Of a DNA stretch of 32,000 bases, positions 7,802 to 17,524 are shown piece after piece. Origin of the DNA: an uncultured Chloroflexia bacterium (GTDB taxonomy: Bacteria; Chloroflexota; Ktedonobacteria; Ktedonobacterales; JADMIN01). The translations under genes were made by a program, and so were the position numbers. The stretch covers positions 180,001 to 212,000 of the forward strand of contig CAVRAI010000014.1 of assembly GCA_963718915.1 (NCBI GenBank), given 5' to 3'. The notes below the pieces were generated by a model, which was given only the letters and a program-made list of their open reading frames with translations, was not told where the DNA came from and searched no databases. Positions within the stretch are counted from its first letter, which is position 1. Each line of letters begins with the position of its first letter.

Positions 7802-8344
7802 TCAGTTTCGCCTCGGTCCTCGACGTTTGTGAAATTGCTTAGGCCACCAGTGAAAACACGTCGTCGAGCGGATGCGATCGGGTCGTTGTTGAAGTACGGC
7901 GCAGCGGGCGAACTGGGCATCTTCGAGATCCTCAATCGTAGCGAAGTGCTGGTTGACGAGCGCGGCGTTGGTCAGCGGCCACAAGTGCTCGGCCGGCTGC
8001 AATTCGGGGGAATACGGCGGCAGAAAGAGCAAATGGACGTGGTCGGGCACGCGGAGTTTGACGCTGGTATGCCACCCCGCACGATCGAGCACCAGCACGA
8101 TCTGCTTGGTGGGACTGGCTCCGGCTTGGCGTGCAAACTCCGCGAGTTCCACCTCAAAGACGGGAATACTGACCGTCGTTGCCAAGTGGAAGACCGTGCG
8201 TCCGGAGGCGGGATGCACAAACCCGACCAGATAGCGCCAGGCAAAGCGGTGCTGCACCGGGGCGATTGGCCGCTGACCAATTGGCGCCCAGACCTTGCGG
8301 AGCAGTGGCTTCAGGCCGATACGGTGTTCGTCGGTGGCCCACAC
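7802..8344 (-). CDS. IS630-family transposase, DDE domain part (OrfB; this frame is open upstream to the A7 run at 8400-8406)
   Basis: Contains WATDEHRIGLKP...LVLDRAGWH...FLPPYSPELQPAEHLW. The -1 frame reads KLRPLVRAVADAFPQAQIEVWATDE directly after the FKK of OrfA. Confidence 0.85.
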   Translation of the reverse strand: MWATDEHRIGLKPLLRKVWAPIGQRPIAPVQHRFAWRYLVGFVHPASGRTVFHLATTVSIPVFEVELAEFARQAGASPTKQIVLVLDRAGWHTSVKLRVPDHVHLLFLPPYSPELQPAEHLWPLTNAALVNQHFATIEDLEDAQFARCAVLQQRPDRIRSTTCFHWWPKQFHKRRGPRRN

Positions 8345-8382
8345 TTCAATCTGCGCCTGGGGGAACGCGTCAGCGACGGCCC

Positions 8383-8892
8383 TTACGAGCGGGCGGAGCT
8401 TTTTTTGAACTCGGTTTGCTGCTCGAGATTGGCCAGGGCATGACGAGGCCGGGGCGCCTGGCGGCTCTGCTTGAGGCGCTGTAGGTAGTCCCAGCCCCGT
8501 TGCACCGACACCGGACGTCCGAGTTGCTCGGCCATCCAGTCGGCCACCGCCCGACAGGTCCAGTGCTTGGCGCCCTCAGGGGCTGGTCCGGCCAACGCGT
8601 GCCGCAACTCCTCCTGCTGTGCTGCCGAGAGCATGCGCGGAGCGCGCCACGACGTCGTGCGTTGCCGGTTGACCATGCCCTCCGGCCCCTGCTCGTTGTA
8701 GCGCTTAGCAATCTCTCCGATCCAGGTCCGCGTGTAGCCAGTGCTCTCGGCAATGTCTTTGGCCAACTGCCCGCGGGAGAGCAGCCACAGGATCTGCCAC
8801 CACGTGCGCTCATGCGGCTCGTGCGCCGCCCGATAGCGGTGTTCTAGCTCCTCGACGCTCAGGTGCGTCGCCAACCGTATTCGTCGTGCCAT
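8383..8892 (-). CDS. IS630-family transposase, N-terminal HTH part (OrfA)
   Basis: 169 aa, with winged-helix/HTH-like sequence (WWQILWLLSRGQLAKDIAESTGYTRTWIGEIAKRYNEQG). It ends 6 codons after the A7 run. Confidence 0.85.
   Translation of the reverse strand: MARRIRLATHLSVEELEHRYRAAHEPHERTWWQILWLLSRGQLAKDIAESTGYTRTWIGEIAKRYNEQGPEGMVNRQRTTSWRAPRMLSAAQQEELRHALAGPAPEGAKHWTCRAVADWMAEQLGRPVSVQRGWDYLQRLKQSRQAPRPRHALANLEQQTEFKKSSARS
8400..8406 (-). promoter_or_regulatory. Putative -1 frameshift site (A7) joining IS630 OrfA and OrfB
   Basis: TTC AAA AAA AGC on the minus strand. The diverged copy 1 has the homologous A8 (3860-3867) with the same -1 relationship between the HTH and DDE frames, which argues against a random sequencing indel. 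Confidence 0.55.
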
Positions 8893-9404
8893 GGACCCAT
8901 TCTCTCAGGTCCGTCAAGGAAACTGTATCAAAACCTTCTCTTCCTTCTCTTCCTGTGTCTCGGGCGTGTTGACACTATCTGGACCACTGCAGTGCCCCTT
9001 GATCAGCATCTTTCACCTGCGCCACTGCATGCAGTGAACAGACCGTTCGCTGCCTGGGACATGGGAGACTTCCCCCTCTGCATTGCCTTCGCGGCACAGC
9101 GTCGTCGCCGTGTAAAGGCTGCTTGTTACCACAATGCCGATAGCTCGTTCTATGACCAGGTAACCTTTGGATGCTCCCTTTGGCTATCGTGAACGTTGTA
9201 CGTTTGCTCAATGAATGAACCCCCTAGTTCCGCGGCATCTTTCACCTCACTTGCCATCTCTGTCGTTGGTAATGCCCAAAGACTCCGATTAGGTAGGAAT
9301 GACGAGCTGCTCTTCCCGTCAGGCGGCCAGGGGTAAGTGCTTCGTGACACCTAGTGGGCCTCGCGAGGTGGGGGTTAGGATGTGCCGAAGAAAGAAGGCA
9401 GAGA

Positions 9405-10742
9405 ATGCGACGCAAAGTACTCTGGGCGACTAACGCCGTCGCCATCATTGTCCTCATCGGAGCGGGAGTCTACTTCACCGTTCGCCCGCGCGCCGCGCAT
9501 GCGAATGTCCAAGCTGTAACCGCGAATGGAGTCACCATCGAGAACACGTTGGGCGGCCAGTACAGCAATCCCACTGCGATCAATGATGCGGGCATTGTCG
9601 TGGGCTCAGCCGATACAGGTTCCGGGTCGTCGTCCGGGTTCTACTGGCAGAATGATGGGACAGGCATGCATCCTCTGGCGCAGGGCAGTCCGACTGGCAT
9701 CAATAATAGCAACCAGATCGTGGGCAACGGCCCTGCCGGGCCCGTCGAGTGGATGAGCCCTTCTCAAGATCCGCCTATGCCGTTACCCCTCCCTGCCAAC
9801 ACGAGCGGTGGAGTTGCTCAGGCCATTAACGACCAAGGGCAAGTCATCGGGACAGTGACTGATGACACGACTGGCATGTCAGAGCTCGTCACGTGGGTAA
9901 ACGGTGTTCCGCAGCCACCTCTCCAGAACCCGACGGGAGTACCAGGCCTAACCGGGTGTGGTGCTGACGATATCAATAACCAGGGAGAAATCGTCGGCAA
10001 TTGTTCCCAAGGCGACGGACCCTACTCCCAGGGCTACTACTGGCAGAACGCAAATACTCTCCCTGTGGCGCTCGGCTCCCTGAACGGGGGAAGTGGTGCC
10101 GAGGTGTTTTCCGTCAACGATCAGGGGCACATGGTTGGCATCAGCGGCGTGACCTCATTCCAGTCACATGCCACGATGTGGCAGACGCCGTCCCTCGCAC
10201 CTATTGACCTGGGCGTTGCCGTCTCTCCGACCACCACGTGCAGTGATTGCAGCATCGCGAACGCGGTGAACAATGAGGACCAGACGGTTGGATACGCCTA
10301 TCCGCTAGGAGGTACCCTCTTCGAGGACGGCGACCTCATTCAACTGCAGACCCAGACCTCGTATTGCCAGGGGGGAACGTGGGGGCAAGCGATTAACAAT
10401 ATGGGTGACGCGATCGGGGTCTCGTTTTGCGGGCTGGGGGTCTTCTGGCATATCACAGGATCACCGCCTACGCCCCAGGAGCGCATAGAAGCGATGAGCG
10501 CTCAGGTCCAGGACCTGGTCGCGGCGGGCACGCTCAATGCCGGACAGGGCAACGCTTTGCAGGCGAGCCTGAACGCGGCGTTAGCAAGCCTCGGCAAAGG
10601 GAACAGTCACGCGACCTGCAACCAATTGCAGGCGTTCGTTAATAAGGTGCAGGCAGACATGGCGTCCGGTCGACTCACCGCAGCACAAGGTCAGCCATTG
10701 ATTGATGCGGCCACGCCCCTCATCACCAAGTATTGCAGTTGA
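9405..10742 (+). CDS. Secreted/membrane-anchored HAF-family extracellular repeat protein with C-terminal helical module
   Basis: N-terminal TM/signal anchor (MRRKVLWATNAVAIIVLIGAGVYF). At least 6 repeats of the I/VN[DN]xGxxVG type (INDAGIVVG, INNSNQIVG, INDQGQVIG, INNQGEIVG, VNDQGHMVG, INNMGDAIG). The C-terminal segment LNAGQGNALQASLNAALASL...CNQLQAFVNKV resembles helical modules found on secreted proteins. ATG 9405 is preferred over GTG 9354. Confidence 0.75.
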   Translation: MRRKVLWATNAVAIIVLIGAGVYFTVRPRAAHANVQAVTANGVTIENTLGGQYSNPTAINDAGIVVGSADTGSGSSSGFYWQNDGTGMHPLAQGSPTGINNSNQIVGNGPAGPVEWMSPSQDPPMPLPLPANTSGGVAQAINDQGQVIGTVTDDTTGMSELVTWVNGVPQPPLQNPTGVPGLTGCGADDINNQGEIVGNCSQGDGPYSQGYYWQNANTLPVALGSLNGGSGAEVFSVNDQGHMVGISGVTSFQSHATMWQTPSLAPIDLGVAVSPTTTCSDCSIANAVNNEDQTVGYAYPLGGTLFEDGDLIQLQTQTSYCQGGTWGQAINNMGDAIGVSFCGLGVFWHITGSPPTPQERIEAMSAQVQDLVAAGTLNAGQGNALQASLNAALASLGKGNSHATCNQLQAFVNKVQADMASGRLTAAQGQPLIDAATPLITKYCS

Positions 10743-11138
10743 ATGAGGCAACGGCTGAGGTAAACCCGGCAGGTTACATAAAGCACAAACACCACAAATA
10801 GAGAGGACAGGAAGAGGGATCGAAGAAGGAGCGCGACCTGGTTGCGACCAACCATCGCGCTCTCCCTGTCGTTGCTCGCCTGCACTTCCCGTTGAGCAAA
10901 TGCCAATGCACGACAGCGAGTTAGCGCCGTAAATGAGCTTGTTCCACAGTTGAGTTGGATTGGCTCTCCGCGCTGGGTGGCGTATTACTCAGTCGATTGC
11001 TCAATGATGCCAACGGTGATGCCAACCCCGGCACACATTCACGAACGAGCATGGACGGCTCGGCACTCTGCGGCTAGGATATAGAGCACATCAACAGACA
11101 ACGAGCAGGCGGACGATTCAGAAACCATTGCCCTCACA

Positions 11139-11170
11139 GGCTTGTGGGTTCGAGTCCCACCACCGGCACC
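11139..11170 (+). repeat. Displaced copy of the tRNA-Leu 3' end (attR-like direct repeat)
   Basis: Identical over 32 bp to 2639-2670 (GGCTTGTGGGTTCGAGTCCCACCACCGGCACC). Similarity extends about 8 bp further upstream with 2 mismatches. There is no 5' half of a tRNA here. Confidence 0.9.
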
Positions 11171-11589
11171 CATGCGCTTTCCCTTATCCTCGCTGCCATT
11201 TCTCTATTTCTACCCATCAGTCTTACCTTGCTACCATGCCACAGGTGTTGGGCGCATTTCCCTCCTTGACATATTGTGTCCGCGGCGCTCTACTATCAGG
11301 TACATGCAAGCCCTCGCCAGGTCATTCGCGGGGCGATCATCATAGCCGAGTGTGTGGAATCGTGTTCTTGTGGCGGTTGTTTCGGATTGGCCGCCAACGG
11401 CTTCTCTGAGTACGTGCACGCTTGTCCGCATGCCTTCAGGCGCTTTCTGGAACTCGCCGCGGCGGCGCGGAGGCATGTTCAGCATAGCAGTCCAGTAATT
11501 GCTCTCATCCGCGAGTCCCATGGGCGCATCGAGCCTCTCCAACTGCAATTGTGGCCCGCGTCACCAACGTCTGAGGGAGGTCGGCCCGC

Positions 11590-14462
11590 ATGAAGGACGC
11601 CCAAACACACGTCGATCCCCTTCTGGCGGGCCTGCGGCGGTGGCTGGCCTTGCTCTGGACGCCCATGAATCGTCGCCGGGCATTGCTCGTCCTCGCCTTC
11701 GCTTTCGCCTATGCGGCGATCTATCGCTTTCAAGATACCCTGCCGCTTCCCCCCGCCCTGGATCCCGCGGGCGCGCTCCTGCTGGCGAGCTGCCTGCTCC
11801 TGCCACCTCGCCGCTGGTGGCCGTACCTGCTCGCGGCAACTGTCGTCCAGGTCTGGATCTTTGGGATGTTTCACCTGCCAGCGCCGGTTGGGCTGATGAT
11901 CTGGATCGCGAATCTCGCTGAGCCTATCATCATTGTCTACCTGCTGCGGCGCGCCGACCCCTTCGGCACAATACCCACACGCATTACCAACGTGCGGGCA
12001 GTCGCCCTCTACGCAGCCTGCGTGCTCGTCGGCGCCGTTATCTCCGCTTCGCTGGCCGCCATCGGGTTCTCCGCCACTGGCCGCCTGTTCTGGGCCTCAT
12101 GGTGGACCTGGTTCCTCAGTGTCTGCTTAAGCGCGTTGGTGCTCGCGCCCACCATAGTCCTGTGGGCGATTGGCAACTATCGCGGCCCACAAACGGCCTC
12201 CAGGCGCCAGGCGCTTGAAGCTGGCCTGGTATTCGGCGCGCTCCTGCTCGTCGGGTTCGTGGTCTTCGATAGTCACTTGCAGGGCCAGTACGTGACTCTT
12301 GCGCCGGTGCTCATCTATTTCCCCGTGCCGTTGCTGCTTGTGGGTGGCGGCGCGCTTTGGCCAGCGCGCTACAATGACCGCCCTCTCGCTGATCTGCCTG
12401 CTCGCCATCGTCGGCGTCGCGCAGAGAGCAGGGCCGTTCATTTCCCTCTCAGCGCGCGACAGTGCGCTCGCGTTGCAGGTCTTTCTGCTCGTCATTGCGG
12501 TACCGCTTGTCATTGTGGTGACGCTGCTCGAGGAGCGCGTCCGGGTGCTTGCGAAGGAGCAGGTCAGCGAAAAGCGCTATCGTGCCTTCTTCGAGTTGAA
12601 TGCGGTCGGCGCGGCCCAGGCCGACCCGCACGAGGGGCGGCTGCTCAGCGTCAATGAGGCGTTCTGTCGCATGACTGGCTATTCGCGGGAGGCGTTGCTC
12701 GGCAAGCCCTTCACTGCGATCACGCACCCAGAGGATCGCGGGACGAATCTCGCTGAGTATCAGTCCCTGTTCCGTGGAGACATTCATCGGATTGGCGCGC
12801 AGAAGCGCTATATTCGTGCCGACGGCCAGACGATCTGGGTTCAGGCGGATGCGACGATGCTCCGCGACGAGAAAGGTGAGCCGCTGCAAATCCTTGTTAT
12901 CATCCAGGACATCACCGAACGTAAGCAGACGGAGGAGGCGCTACGACTCAGCGAAGCGCGCTACCGTATGGCCTTCGAGTCTGCCGCGACCGGCATGATG
13001 CTCGTCGGCCCCGATGGCCGCTCGCTCAGTGTGAATCGTCCGCTCATGGCGATGTTAGGCTACTCGGAAGAGGAGTTCCACACGCTCAAGTTTGAGGACT
13101 TCACCTATGCCGACGACCTGGATCCCAACCTGGACCTCTTCCAGCAGGCACTGGCCGGCAAGATTGATAGCTACCAGATGGAAAAGCGCTTTATCCACAA
13201 GCAAGGCCACGTGGTCTGGGGTCTGCTGAGCGCCGGACTTGTGCGGGATGACGCGGGCAAGCCACTCTACTTCGTCGGCCAGATTCAGGACATCACGGAG
13301 CGGCGGCGGGCCACGGAAGAATTACGGGCAAGCGAAGCGCGATTCCGCCTCATGGCCGATACAGCCCCGGTGCTGATCTGGCTCGCTGGCCGCGATGGAC
13401 TGGTGACGTTCCTCAACGTCCCATGGCTGCGCTTCACCGGACGCGCCCTCGACCAGGAGCTTGGCGATGGATGGGCCGCGGGCGTACATCCCGATGATCG
13501 CTCCCGGTGCCTTTCGACCTATCGCGTGGCGCTACAGGCGCGCCGGGATTTTACCATGGAGTACCGCCTGCGGCGTTTCGACGGCGAGTATCGCTGGCTC
13601 GTCGATACAGGCGTCCCGCGTTACTCGCCCGACGGGACTGTTCCTGGGCTATATCGGCTCAGCCATCGATATCACCGAGCACCTGCGCGCGGAGGAACAG
13701 CTCAATCGCCTGAGCACGCAGTTGCTGCGGGCGCAGGACAACGAACGGCAGCGAATCGCCCGCGAACTGCACGATAGCACGGTGCAGACCATCACCGCCG
13801 TCAAGCTGAACCTGGGCTTGCTGCGCCGTCACCTGGGGCGCGACGGATCGAGCGGCGGTAAGTTCGCCGACGTCCTGGACGAGGGCGAGGAGTTGATGGA
13901 TCAGGCCGCGACCGAGCTGCGCACGCTCTCCTATCTGCTGCATCCACCCATGCTCGACGATATTGGGCTGGCCGCGGCGATCTCGTGGTACGTCGAGGGA
14001 TTCGCCCGTCGCAGCGGCCTGCGCATCGAGCTGGAAGCGCCAATCGATCTGGGACGCCTGCCCGCGCAGGTGGAGACATCGCTCTACCGCATCGTCCAGG
14101 AGGCGCTCTCCAATGTGCATCTCCATTCGGGCAGCAAGAGCGCGCGCATCCGGCTGAACAAGCGCGCGAACGCGATATGGTTGCGCATCCAGGACCGCGG
14201 CAAAGGGATGCCAGCCGCGATCATGCAGAACGGAGCCGGGGGGAACGGAGGCGCGCTGGATAGCACACCCGACGGCGCTCCCGCGCTGGGGGTGGGCATC
14301 GCCGGTATGCGCCAGCGACTCAGGCAACTGGGTGGCCGCCTGGAGATCCGCTCGACGAGTCACGGCACGACGATCACGGCGGTTGTGCCGCTGGCCACAA
14401 TGCCCGCGCGTGAGAGCGTTCTGGAGGGCGCGCATAGCGATGATGAGCCTGGGATGGCGTAA
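11590..14462 (+). CDS. Sensor histidine kinase, MASE1 - 3x PAS - HisKA_3 - HATPase_c (two apparent 1-nt frameshifts as sequenced)
   Basis: Three overlapping ORFs (11590-12657, 12299-13777, 13461-14462) encode consecutive parts. First, a multi-TM MASE1-like N-terminus. Second, PAS modules (SVNEAFCRMTGYSREALLGKPF; SVNRPLMAMLGYSEEEF; FLNVPWLRFTGRALDQELG). Third, an H-box ERQRIARELHDSTVQ and an ATPase region (IQDRGKGMP...GIAGMRQRLRQLGGRLEI). Deleting one G at 12342-12344 and one G at 13634-13636 restores a single frame. GGGAGG lies 9 nt upstream of ATG 11590. Confidence 0.85.
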
Positions 14463-14576
14463 CCCCCGGCGCGCGCAGGTATAGTATTTCCACGGCGCCC
14501 TGAATCGCGAAAGTGATTCGGGCAACGACGAATGCGCTTGAATACGTCGCCGATACGCTGCCGAGGAGTATGCCGC

Positions 14577-15524
14577 ATGATCGCTATCTCGCTGATGATC
14601 GAAGGCCAGAATGGCCTCAACTGGCCGCGCTGGAAGCATCTCGTCGCCGAGGCCGAGCAACTGGGCTTCGCGGGCCTCTTTCGCTCTGACCATTTCACCA
14701 ATGGGCAGGGGCCGCTGCTTGATTCGCTGGAGACTATCGTCTCGCTGACCTATCTCGCCGACCATACCCAGCGTCTCCACTTTGGGCCGCTCGTCGCCCC
14801 CGTATCCTTCCGCGATCCGACCATCCTCGCCCGTCAGGCGACGGCGCTCGACGACCTCAGCGGTGGCCGGATGATCCTCGGCGTTGGGGCCGGATGGCAG
14901 GAGCGCGAGCATCGCATGTTTGGCCACGAGTTAGGGGATGTCCCAACGCGGATGGCGCGCCTCGAAGAAGGGCTTGAGGTACTCACCCGTCTGCTGCGTA
15001 GCGATGAGCCAGTCAACTATCATGGCCGCTTCTTCCAACTTCAGGACGCGCTCATCCTGCCGCGACCACAGCGTGCTGGTGGCCCGCCCATCCTGATCGG
15101 CGGCACTGGCGAGAAGCGCACTCTGCCGCTGGTGGCGCGCTACGCCGATATCTGGAACGCGCTGATGGTCAGCCCCGACGAGTTTCGCACCCTCTCTGGC
15201 GTTCTCGACGAGCTGCTGCGGGCCGAGGGCCGCCCGCCGAGCGCGGTCCGCCGCACGCTCATGACCAACCTCACCTTCGCCCCTGACCGCGAGAGTCTGG
15301 CGCGCCGACTCAATCTCACCGATGCTGGCGGTAGCTCACTGGAGGACGCTGTTGCCAGCATCCATGCGACACGCAAAAACATCGTCGGCACGCCAGAGAT
15401 GGTTCGCGAGCAGATTGCCGCCTATGCCGCGGCAGGTGTGGAAGAGCTGATGATGCAGTGGCTTGATCTGGACGACATCGATGGACTGCGCGCCTTCGCG
15501 CACACCGTGCTACCCTCGCGGTAA
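14577..15524 (+). CDS. Luciferase-like monooxygenase (LLM) family oxidoreductase, probably F420-dependent
   Basis: The sequence MIAISLMIEGQNGLNWPRWKHLVAEAEQLGFAGLFRSDHF...GGRMILGVGAGW is typical of the LLM class. GAGGAG lies 7 nt upstream of ATG 14577. Confidence 0.75.
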   Translation: MIAISLMIEGQNGLNWPRWKHLVAEAEQLGFAGLFRSDHFTNGQGPLLDSLETIVSLTYLADHTQRLHFGPLVAPVSFRDPTILARQATALDDLSGGRMILGVGAGWQEREHRMFGHELGDVPTRMARLEEGLEVLTRLLRSDEPVNYHGRFFQLQDALILPRPQRAGGPPILIGGTGEKRTLPLVARYADIWNALMVSPDEFRTLSGVLDELLRAEGRPPSAVRRTLMTNLTFAPDRESLARRLNLTDAGGSSLEDAVASIHATRKNIVGTPEMVREQIAAYAAAGVEELMMQWLDLDDIDGLRAFAHTVLPSR

Positions 15525-15869
15525 TTGTTGGCGCGATAGTGCTCACCATCTCCGATTCGTAGTATCCCCATAGACCTCGCCAGTGTCCCCCGCTGCCGTA
15601 TACTTTTGTGGGGGCCTTGGCGCGCGGGAGCGCCCATACGTTTCCCGTGGCACGGAATCTGAATGAGAATTCCCATGGAGTACAGAATCTGAGAAATCTC
15701 ACATACTAATCCAATGTTCTCGCCATAGGATTCAGTCATGATTGGGGTGTCAGCGTCGAACGGGAGCGTCTCTCCCTACGACCACCGGAATCAGCGTCCA
15801 ACGCCGCAGTCGGCGCGGCCAATTCTCTGGCCTGTCTGGCGCAACGATGATAGATGAGGAGTTATAGAT

Positions 15870-17261
15870 ATGCAGGGTACAACGATTCCGCCCTATCCAG
15901 GCGATTCACAGCAACCGGAGCAGCCGGCAGCCGATGCAGCCGATGCAGCGCCGCCACCGCCGCTGCCAGCGGAATCGGGGCCTGAGGCGACTGCGCCGTC
16001 GCTGCCCAACTACCCAGGCTACCCACAGTATCCAGGTTACCAGAATGGCTATCAAAACAACTATCAGGGCATGCCACCGTATCCGCCGTCCAATTTCGCC
16101 GAAGGCACGCCGCCGCGCCCGCGTCGCTGGGGGCTGCTAGCCATTGGCGCGGCGATTATGTTGCTGCTGACCCTGGCGGTTGGCATTGCTGGTGGTGTGG
16201 CGTTGAGCCGGGCGACCGCCTCGCAAGGCTCAAACAATGGCAACACAGTGGTGCTGGGGTCGAACTCCGCGCCAAGAGTCACCGTCTCATCCAGCACGAC
16301 GACGCTTGAGCAGGATGTCAAGAATGTCGCCAAGGCCGTCGCGCCCTCGGTGGTCAAGATCACGAGCACCGGATCCAGCGGCGAGGCGATTGGCTCGGGC
16401 AATATCCTGACGTCGGATGGCTACATCGTCACCAATGACCATGTGGTGACGGGTTTCACCAGCTATAGCGTTCAACTCTCGACCGGCGCGACCTATACCG
16501 CTCAGGTCATCGGCGAGTCGGCCGACGACGATCTGGCCGTCATCAAGATCAACGCGACTGGACTCACACCAATTGCCTTCGCCGATTCATCGCAGGCCCA
16601 GGTGGGTGATTTTGTCGTCGCCATCGGCAATCCACTGGACCTGGGCGAATCGGTCACGTTCGGCGTCGTCAGCCGACTGAACCAGACCGCCAGTGAAGCG
16701 CCAAACGGCCCGGCGGGCACGCTGACCGGCCTGATTCAGACGAGCGCGCCGATCAATCCGGGCAATAGTGGTGGCGCACTGGTCAACCTGAAGGGCCAAT
16801 TGGTCGGCATTCCGACACTGGCCGCCATCAACAGCGAAAGCCGTGGCACGCAGACCAGCATTGGATACGCGATCTCGTCCAACCGCGTGCAGTTCGTCGC
16901 GAAGCAGCTGATCGAGCAGGGCAAAGTGACCAGCACCGGTCGCGGATTCCTGGGCATCGAGGCGCAGGACGTGACGCCACAAATCGCGGCATCCCTTGGA
17001 CTGAATGTGCAGAGTGGCGTGCTGGTGCACAGCTTCGTCAACGACGCTGCCGGAGCAAGCCCCGCCCAGACAGCTGGCTTGCAGGCGAACGATGTGATTA
17101 CCGCCGTCAACGGCACAACGGTGAACGATAACAGCGATCTCTCCGCTGCGCTGCAGAATCAGGGGCCGGGCGCCAAGGTCTCGCTGACCGTCGTCCGCGG
17201 TAACTCGACGCTCACCGTCACGGTGACGCTGGGCGAACGCCCAGTCTCCACCCAGGGTTAA
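15870..17261 (+). CDS. S1C (HtrA/DegP-like) trypsin-type serine protease with C-terminal PDZ domain
   Basis: Pro/Gln/Tyr-rich N-terminus followed by a TM segment (WGLLAIGAAIMLLLTLAVGIAGGV). Catalytic triad context TNDHVV ... DDLAVIKI ... GNSGGALV, and a PDZ-like C-terminus (GFLGIEAQDV...GLQANDVITAVNG). GAGGAG SD. Confidence 0.9.
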   Translation: MQGTTIPPYPGDSQQPEQPAADAADAAPPPPLPAESGPEATAPSLPNYPGYPQYPGYQNGYQNNYQGMPPYPPSNFAEGTPPRPRRWGLLAIGAAIMLLLTLAVGIAGGVALSRATASQGSNNGNTVVLGSNSAPRVTVSSSTTTLEQDVKNVAKAVAPSVVKITSTGSSGEAIGSGNILTSDGYIVTNDHVVTGFTSYSVQLSTGATYTAQVIGESADDDLAVIKINATGLTPIAFADSSQAQVGDFVVAIGNPLDLGESVTFGVVSRLNQTASEAPNGPAGTLTGLIQTSAPINPGNSGGALVNLKGQLVGIPTLAAINSESRGTQTSIGYAISSNRVQFVAKQLIEQGKVTSTGRGFLGIEAQDVTPQIAASLGLNVQSGVLVHSFVNDAAGASPAQTAGLQANDVITAVNGTTVNDNSDLSAALQNQGPGAKVSLTVVRGNSTLTVTVTLGERPVSTQG

Positions 17262-17524
17262 GCGCTAACCCTGGAACGCTCACGGGAAATGCGCCCGTTT
17301 GATATAGATCTTTGCGCTGTTCCGCACAGGACGTTGTGGGGCAGCGTAAAGTTATTTTTCCGCCAGCATGATAGATGCACACACGGTTCGCGGCTGGAGC
17401 ACTTTGCGGCGCCTGGCGCGCAATGAGCTTTCAGAAATACTCTCGAACACTGTGATAGGGCGGGCCTGCCGGAGACGTTGGCCAGGGAAATTCGCCGGAG
17501 CGTAATGACCTTTCACTGTTCATT

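Larger units (their letters stand above)
7802..8925 (-). mobile_element. IS630-family insertion sequence, copy 2 (apparently intact)
   Basis: Flanked by TA at 7800-7801 and 8926-8927. Both ORFs are open. By eye it is about 85% aa-identical to copy 1. Confidence 0.85.

Noticed and set aside
3341-8925. The two inverted IS630 copies forming a composite transposon that mobilises the enclosed 3.3 kb
   Set aside because: Each copy is individually flanked by TA on both sides, indicating independent insertions. One copy is dead. The enclosed DNA is mostly other IS debris rather than cargo, and no outer target duplication for a composite unit is visible.
13659-14927. 422-aa ORF on the - strand
   Set aside because: It is antisense to the histidine-kinase ATPase domain and the LLM oxidoreductase start. 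It has no recognisable motifs and is a typical high-GC antisense open frame.
15738-15857. 39-codon ORF in the 345-bp spacer upstream of the HtrA-like protease
   Set aside because: It has no SD and no recognisable sequence, and nothing distinguishes it from chance.
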